Below, in pieces: positions 59,060 to 64,000 of a DNA stretch of 64,000 nt; position 1 is the stretch's first letter; each line of letters begins with the position of its first letter. The translations under genes were made by a program, and so were the position numbers. Source of the DNA: an uncultured Alphaproteobacteria bacterium (lineage in GTDB: Bacteria; Pseudomonadota; Alphaproteobacteria; CAAHEQ01; UBA3637); contig CANQUX010000006.1 of NCBI GenBank assembly GCA_947627155.1, positions 10,894 through 74,893 on the forward strand. Reading direction: 5' to 3'. Under the pieces are notes generated by a model. The model was not told the origin of the DNA and did no database searches. It saw only the letters and a program-made list of their open reading frames with translations.

Positions 59060-61159
59060 ATGAATAATAAACGATTAAACCTCATCATTGATTTTTCAGA
59101 TGTTCCGCCGTGTTGGCGTACGGCTGCGTTTAAAATATTCGAAGAACACCGAATGCCCGTTATACCGCTAAACAAGCGGGAATCATTTAAATATGTTCTT
59201 CAAGAGGAAGTATTAAGCAATCCCATGAAATTATCTTATTTTCAATTGCTGCTTCCGAATTTAACCAATATGGGCGTTAAAATTATCAATCCCGCTCAAC
59301 CTGTTCAAATTTTTCGAAACCGTCAATCTATTCCCTTTGAAGAGCAACCGCAAAATGCCGTTGATTTTCAATTGATAAACGTTCCGCCCCAAAACCGTGC
59401 ACAAATCATTCGGGCATTTCAAGAAGAAAACATATTGTTAGAGCCCTTAAAAACGGAAAAAAATGAAAATGCTCCTGTTTTTTATCGAATGCCGAAAGAA
59501 TCTTTAAAACAATTTTGGCAAAATGAACGATTACAACAGCTTGTTCGGGAAAATAAAATTCAATATACATTGCCGGCCGTATGCTTTCCGGCTTTAAAAG
59601 AAAGTCTGCCGAAAGCCGTTGTTGAAAAACGGAAAGCGATTCGAGAACAAATAGAAGAAGCCAAGGCAAGTTATTATTATCAACAAGAAATGGAAAAAAT
59701 TAAGCCGAATTTTCTGCGAAAATTAAAAAATATTGCCTGTGCGGGTGTTTCGGCTGCCGTTTTTTCGGCCGCCGTTAATCCGAACGGCACATCGGCGCTG
59801 ATAAACACGTTTATACAGGGACGACCCGATAAAATAATAAGCGAATCTCTTAGCGAATTAAATGCCTTCAAGCAAAATATCCGGCAAAGCATTCTCAACC
59901 CGAAAGAAGCCGTAACGCATGCATATAACAAAACGGCACATTTTGTATCCTCTCAAACACATTTTTTTCAAAATAAAACCCCTGTAAAGATTGGTGAAGA
60001 AGTTCTTTTAAAAGGAATTTTAAACATCGGATCTGTTACATTTAATACCGGTGCAACCATTGTCAATCAGCTGTGGGGCATTCGTGAATTATTTGAAAAT
60101 GACAGTGAAAAATTCTTAGAAATCGGTGATTTATCATATAAAGCATATGCCCGTAATCCTGTAAATTATATCAACACGGCATTTGTATTTGTCGATAAAA
60201 AAACCGGTTTAAAAGAGAATGATACCATTTTCTCAATTATTGATGAGGGCAGAACAGAAGCAGCAAAAGCCTTTCTTCAAAAAAACTTGCTGTGTCATGC
60301 CGGTTTGTATCAAGGCAATTGCGGGCTGACACCGCTTCGATATGCCATTGAAAAAAATCAACCTCAAATTGCACAAATGATATGGGATAACCAAAAAAAT
60401 TATCTGTACAAAGAAACGCCGGACGGAAAAACGGCTTTTATGCGTGCTATTGAAATGAATGCGCTTTCCGAAAGCGAATCATTAAACGGAGAAATGAATC
60501 ATGATGAGCGCTCTTTTGAAAAGGCGCAAAAATATAAAGATATGCAGGCCTTAATCATGAAAATGGCAAAAAGCAAGCTGATTGATGTTCATGCAACCTG
60601 TGCCGACGGGAAAGATGTTGTATCGTTAGCGGTTGAATGCGGCAACAGCGAAGTGCTTCCCGTTTTAATTCAACGCGGTGCCGATATTTATAAAAAATCA
60701 TACACCGGCGATCGTGATTTAATGCATCTTGCCGGCAATAATCCTAAAATGATTCGACTGCTGTTTCACTATAATGTAAAGGCCGATGAATTAAATGCCG
60801 GGCGAAATACACCGTTTATGGAAATATTAAATTATTCGGATGAAAACCCCGGTAAAAATGATAAAGCAATTACCGCTTTTCTGGAATATTTTACCCCTGA
60901 AATGCGTAAAGATTTAAGTATGGCTCCTTTTTACAGCTATTATATTGAAAAATGGGCAGAGCGGAACAAGCAAACGGCTTTAACTTTACTACCCGTTCCC
61001 GAGCAAGAAAAACAACCGGAAATAACCGATGAATTAATGGAAATATTCGTTATTCGTTCGAAACCCCGATTGATTATGTCGAATAAAATAAATAAAGAAA
61101 ATCAATTTTTAAAACTTGATAATTTATTCCGAACAAAAATGAAAGAATTTCAAAAGTAA
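59060..61159 (+). CDS. Hypothetical protein with C-terminal ankyrin-like repeats
   Basis: GLTPLRYAI, GKTAFMRAI, LIQRGADI, RNTPF. Confidence 0.7.
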   Translation: MNNKRLNLIIDFSDVPPCWRTAAFKIFEEHRMPVIPLNKRESFKYVLQEEVLSNPMKLSYFQLLLPNLTNMGVKIINPAQPVQIFRNRQSIPFEEQPQNAVDFQLINVPPQNRAQIIRAFQEENILLEPLKTEKNENAPVFYRMPKESLKQFWQNERLQQLVRENKIQYTLPAVCFPALKESLPKAVVEKRKAIREQIEEAKASYYYQQEMEKIKPNFLRKLKNIACAGVSAAVFSAAVNPNGTSALINTFIQGRPDKIISESLSELNAFKQNIRQSILNPKEAVTHAYNKTAHFVSSQTHFFQNKTPVKIGEEVLLKGILNIGSVTFNTGATIVNQLWGIRELFENDSEKFLEIGDLSYKAYARNPVNYINTAFVFVDKKTGLKENDTIFSIIDEGRTEAAKAFLQKNLLCHAGLYQGNCGLTPLRYAIEKNQPQIAQMIWDNQKNYLYKETPDGKTAFMRAIEMNALSESESLNGEMNHDERSFEKAQKYKDMQALIMKMAKSKLIDVHATCADGKDVVSLAVECGNSEVLPVLIQRGADIYKKSYTGDRDLMHLAGNNPKMIRLLFHYNVKADELNAGRNTPFMEILNYSDENPGKNDKAITAFLEYFTPEMRKDLSMAPFYSYYIEKWAERNKQTALTLLPVPEQEKQPEITDELMEIFVIRSKPRLIMSNKINKENQFLKLDNLFRTKMKEFQK

Positions 61160-61245
61160 AACACACGATTCTTCTTGTAAAAGCCTGAAATTTCCGTTTT
61201 TTTTCATTAAAATAAAAAAAATGAAATCAATGATAAAAAAAACGC

Positions 61246-61274
61246 TTGACTTTTATAAAAAAAACAAGTATAAA
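61246..61274 (+). promoter_or_regulatory. Putative sigma70 promoter of rpmH operon
   Basis: TTGACT-17-TATAAA preceded by an A-tract. Confidence 0.6.
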
Positions 61275-61339
61275 AAACTACCTTTAATGTGAAATGCAAC
61301 TGGTAAAAAATAAACAACCATTCAGAATGGAGAAGAAAA

Positions 61340-61474
61340 ATGAAACGCACATATCAACCGAGTCAACTCGTTCGTACCCGTCGTCACGGCTTTCGTGCCA
61401 GAATGGCAACGTTAGGCGGTCGAAAAGTTTTAAATGCTCGTCGGCGGAAAGGTCGGAAAGTTTTAAGCGCTTAA
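61340..61474 (+). CDS. rpmH: 50S ribosomal protein L34 (absent from the ORF track)
   Basis: Manual translation [44 protein letters not shown]. Confidence 0.97.
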   Translation: MKRTYQPSQLVRTRRHGFRARMATLGGRKVLNARRRKGRKVLSA

Positions 61475-61568
61475 TTCAGAAGGCGTGCAAAAGTTTAAAA
61501 AAGGGACGCACTATAAATGTCGTTCCTTTTTTTAATAAAAACGGTTCAACTTTTTAAATTAAATATCA

Positions 61569-61961
61569 ATGGCAAACAAAACCTTTCCGTTACCTGCTCG
61601 TATTCAAAACCGTAAAGATTTTTTGCGGGCAGCCAATAACGGCCGAAAATTTCGGGCAGTCGGCTTATTGCTTCAAGCCGTTCCTAACGATAAAGGCAAT
61701 CTGAGAATCGGTTTTACAACAACAAAAAAGCTGGGAAAAGCCGTTGTTCGCAACCGTATTCGGCGGCGCTTGCGAGAGGTTGTGCGCTTGTTTTTCACGC
61801 CGCATGCGCCCAAAGGATATGACTATGTTTTTATCGGAAAAACAACAACCGCCGATCGTTCTTTCGCGTTATTAAAAAATGATATGACTTATGTTTTAAA
61901 TCAATTTTTAAAAGCGCGGGAGGAACACCGCAAAACATTAAAAAAGGAAGCCCGCTCATGA
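61569..61961 (+). CDS. rnpA: Ribonuclease P protein component
   Basis: [25 protein letters not shown]. Confidence 0.95.
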   Translation: MANKTFPLPARIQNRKDFLRAANNGRKFRAVGLLLQAVPNDKGNLRIGFTTTKKLGKAVVRNRIRRRLREVVRLFFTPHAPKGYDYVFIGKTTTADRSFALLKNDMTYVLNQFLKAREEHRKTLKKEARS

Positions 61962-62251
61962 AGATTTTTCAAACGCCCGCTTCTTTTATGTCAACGGGAC
62001 AACGGTTTTTGCGCAAAAGTCTTGTCGGTACGGCTCTTTTTTTGATTTGGCTTTATCAAAAAATTTTATCACCCTTAAAACCGCCCTGTTGTCGCTATAT
62101 GCCGACGTGTTCCGCCTATGCCCGAGAAGCATTTTTGTTGCATGGAATACGAAAAGGTGCTATTTTAACAATCAAACGTGTTTTACGTTGTCACCCGTGG
62201 GGGGGATTCGGTTATGATCCCGTTCCGCCGAAACAAAAGGATATTAAATGA
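61958..62251 (+). CDS. yidD: Membrane protein insertion efficiency factor
   Basis: [31 protein letters not shown]. Confidence 0.93.
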   Translation: MKIFQTPASFMSTGQRFLRKSLVGTALFLIWLYQKILSPLKPPCCRYMPTCSAYAREAFLLHGIRKGAILTIKRVLRCHPWGGFGYDPVPPKQKDIK

Positions 62252-63918
62252 AAAACGAAACAGATTTTACGGAAAAACGCAACTTATTTATTGCCGCATT
62301 ATTAACCATACTTATTTTATTCTCAATGGAAACTCTTTTTCCGTCGGCAAAAAAAGAAACGCCGATTCTGCCTCAAAATGCGGTTCTGTCGGCACAATCG
62401 ACAACAAATACCGATCCGATTGTTGTTTCAACACCTGAAACAAACACCTCCGTCAATGCTTTACCGCAACCGACTGTCACACAAACGTTAAAAATTAAAA
62501 ATGCGGCATTAGAAGGAAAATTTAATGTGCAGCAAGGGCGCCTTTTTGAAGCCGAATTATTAAAATACAAAGAAACAACCGAAAAAGACAGTTCTTTTGT
62601 GAAGCTGCTTCATCAGGATTATTATACGCAAACGCACTGGACAAGCCCAAACACACCTTTGCCGACACTTTATCTGCAAGCGGATAATCAGACATTAACG
62701 CCCGATCACCCGGTTGTTTTAACGGGCGAAAACGAATTTGTTAAAATGGAACGCAAATTAATGCTTGATGAAAATTATATGCTTTCCATCGTTGATCAAA
62801 TTACCAATTTAACAAATGCGCCGATTTCTGTTTCTTTCAGCGGAGAAATTTCCCGAAAATTGGAAGAACTGCCCAAAATGACAAACGTGCATGAAGGCTT
62901 TATTGCCGTTGCAAAAGACAGATTGATTGAAGAAAAATATACCGATGTCGAAAAAGAAAATATTTCCCACGTTACCCAAGGCGGTTGGTTCGGTATAACC
63001 GATAAATATTGGCAAACAGCCCTTATTTTGGATTCAAATGAAAAAGGAAGCATTCACTTTGAAAAACCGACAAGCTCTCTTTATAAAGCCGTGTTTACAA
63101 GTGATGCTGTCACCGTTAATCCGGCACAAACTTACACGCATACATCGCGTACGTTTGCGGGCGCCAAAACCATTGACTTACTCAATGAATATCAAAACCG
63201 TTATCACATACCGAAATTTGACTTAACCATTGATTTCGGTTGGTTTTACTTTTTAACAAAGCCGTTTTTATATATCTTGAATTGGCTCTATGCCTTTTTG
63301 GGCAACATGGGCATTGCCATTATTATTTTTGCAACGCTCATTCGCGCTTTATTATTGCCGATTGCCACCAAATCATATGAAAATATGGCTAAAATGCGCA
63401 AACTGCAACCGCAAATGCAATCTTTGCAAAAACGTTTCAAAGATGATAAGCAACGCCTGCAAATTGAAATGATGAATTTGTATAAGCGGGAAAAAGTTAA
63501 TCCTGCCGCCGGTTGTTTGCCCATGTTTTTACAAATTCCCGTTTTTTATGCTTTATATAAAGTGCTCTCCGTTTCCATTGATATGCGTCAGGCACCGTTT
63601 TACGGCTGGATTTCCGATTTATCCGTTCCCGATCCCACTTCCGTTTTTACCGGCTTCGGTTATTTTGATTGGTCGGTCCCTGCCCTCTTAAATATTGGCA
63701 TTTTACCGATTTTAATGGGCTTAACCATGGTGATTCAACAAAAATTAAGTCCGGCTCCGACGGATCCGACACAAGCCAAAGTACTCAAATGGATGCCCGT
63801 TCTTTTTACGTTTATGTTGGGCGGATTTGCCGCCGGTTTGGTGCTTTACTGGACATGGAGCAACATTCTTTCCATTTTACAACAAAAATATATTATGTAT
63901 AAAGTGGGAACGAAATAA
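62248..63918 (+). CDS. yidC: Membrane protein insertase YidC
   Basis: [34 protein letters not shown]. Confidence 0.96.
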   Translation: MKNETDFTEKRNLFIAALLTILILFSMETLFPSAKKETPILPQNAVLSAQSTTNTDPIVVSTPETNTSVNALPQPTVTQTLKIKNAALEGKFNVQQGRLFEAELLKYKETTEKDSSFVKLLHQDYYTQTHWTSPNTPLPTLYLQADNQTLTPDHPVVLTGENEFVKMERKLMLDENYMLSIVDQITNLTNAPISVSFSGEISRKLEELPKMTNVHEGFIAVAKDRLIEEKYTDVEKENISHVTQGGWFGITDKYWQTALILDSNEKGSIHFEKPTSSLYKAVFTSDAVTVNPAQTYTHTSRTFAGAKTIDLLNEYQNRYHIPKFDLTIDFGWFYFLTKPFLYILNWLYAFLGNMGIAIIIFATLIRALLLPIATKSYENMAKMRKLQPQMQSLQKRFKDDKQRLQIEMMNLYKREKVNPAAGCLPMFLQIPVFYALYKVLSVSIDMRQAPFYGWISDLSVPDPTSVFTGFGYFDWSVPALLNIGILPILMGLTMVIQQKLSPAPTDPTQAKVLKWMPVLFTFMLGGFAAGLVLYWTWSNILSILQQKYIMYKVGTK

Positions 63919-64000
63919 TGCCGAATCATTCATTAAGCCCCCAAGAATTAACAAATACGCTCTTAAAGGCCGGGAAAGCTTTGTTTCAAACCAAGCCGAC
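63918..64000 (+). CDS. Start of next gene, probably the GTPase EngB/YihA (partial)
   Basis: [27 protein letters not shown]; identity inferred only from usual alphaproteobacterial gene order after yidC. Confidence 0.4.
   Translation, partial: MPNHSLSPQELTNTLLKAGKALFQTKP

Noticed and set aside
61160-61340. Replication origin upstream of rpmH
   Set aside because: No dnaA and no cluster of DnaA boxes seen; the one TTATCCACA I noticed lies inside galE.

Overview
64 kb of an AT-rich alphaproteobacterial chromosome, probably a host-associated fermenter (inferred from CckA- and PtsP-like genes, an [FeFe]-hydrogenase and many ankyrin proteins). Housekeeping content: str/S10/spc ribosomal operon (no tuf), peptidoglycan turnover genes, ptsP/truncated glmU/glk, tyrS, accBC, ettA, prfC, sodB, galE, rpmH-rnpA-yidD-yidC-engB and three tRNAs. 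The accessory content looks like a multi-layer surface-variation system. (1) Eight 156-163 bp cassettes bounded by imperfect 20-bp inverted repeats (AAACGTACG[A/T]TTT[T/A]TGCAAC and GTTGCATTAAAGGTACGTTT) sit upstream of five type IV pilin-like genes and several orphan genes. They occur in both orientations relative to near-identical gene leaders. The -35 lies inside the cassette and the -10 outside it, so they read as invertible split promoters. No recombinase is encoded in the window. (2) A 4188-bp tandem duplication has its breakpoints in these same sites. (3) One switch-controlled pilin ends in a C-type-lectin-like domain with the hallmarks of a DGR variable region; no template repeat or reverse transcriptase is seen in the window. 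Also present: a structured pilin leader with covariation and a dispersed hairpin repeat family. All comparisons were made by eye; mechanisms are inferred.
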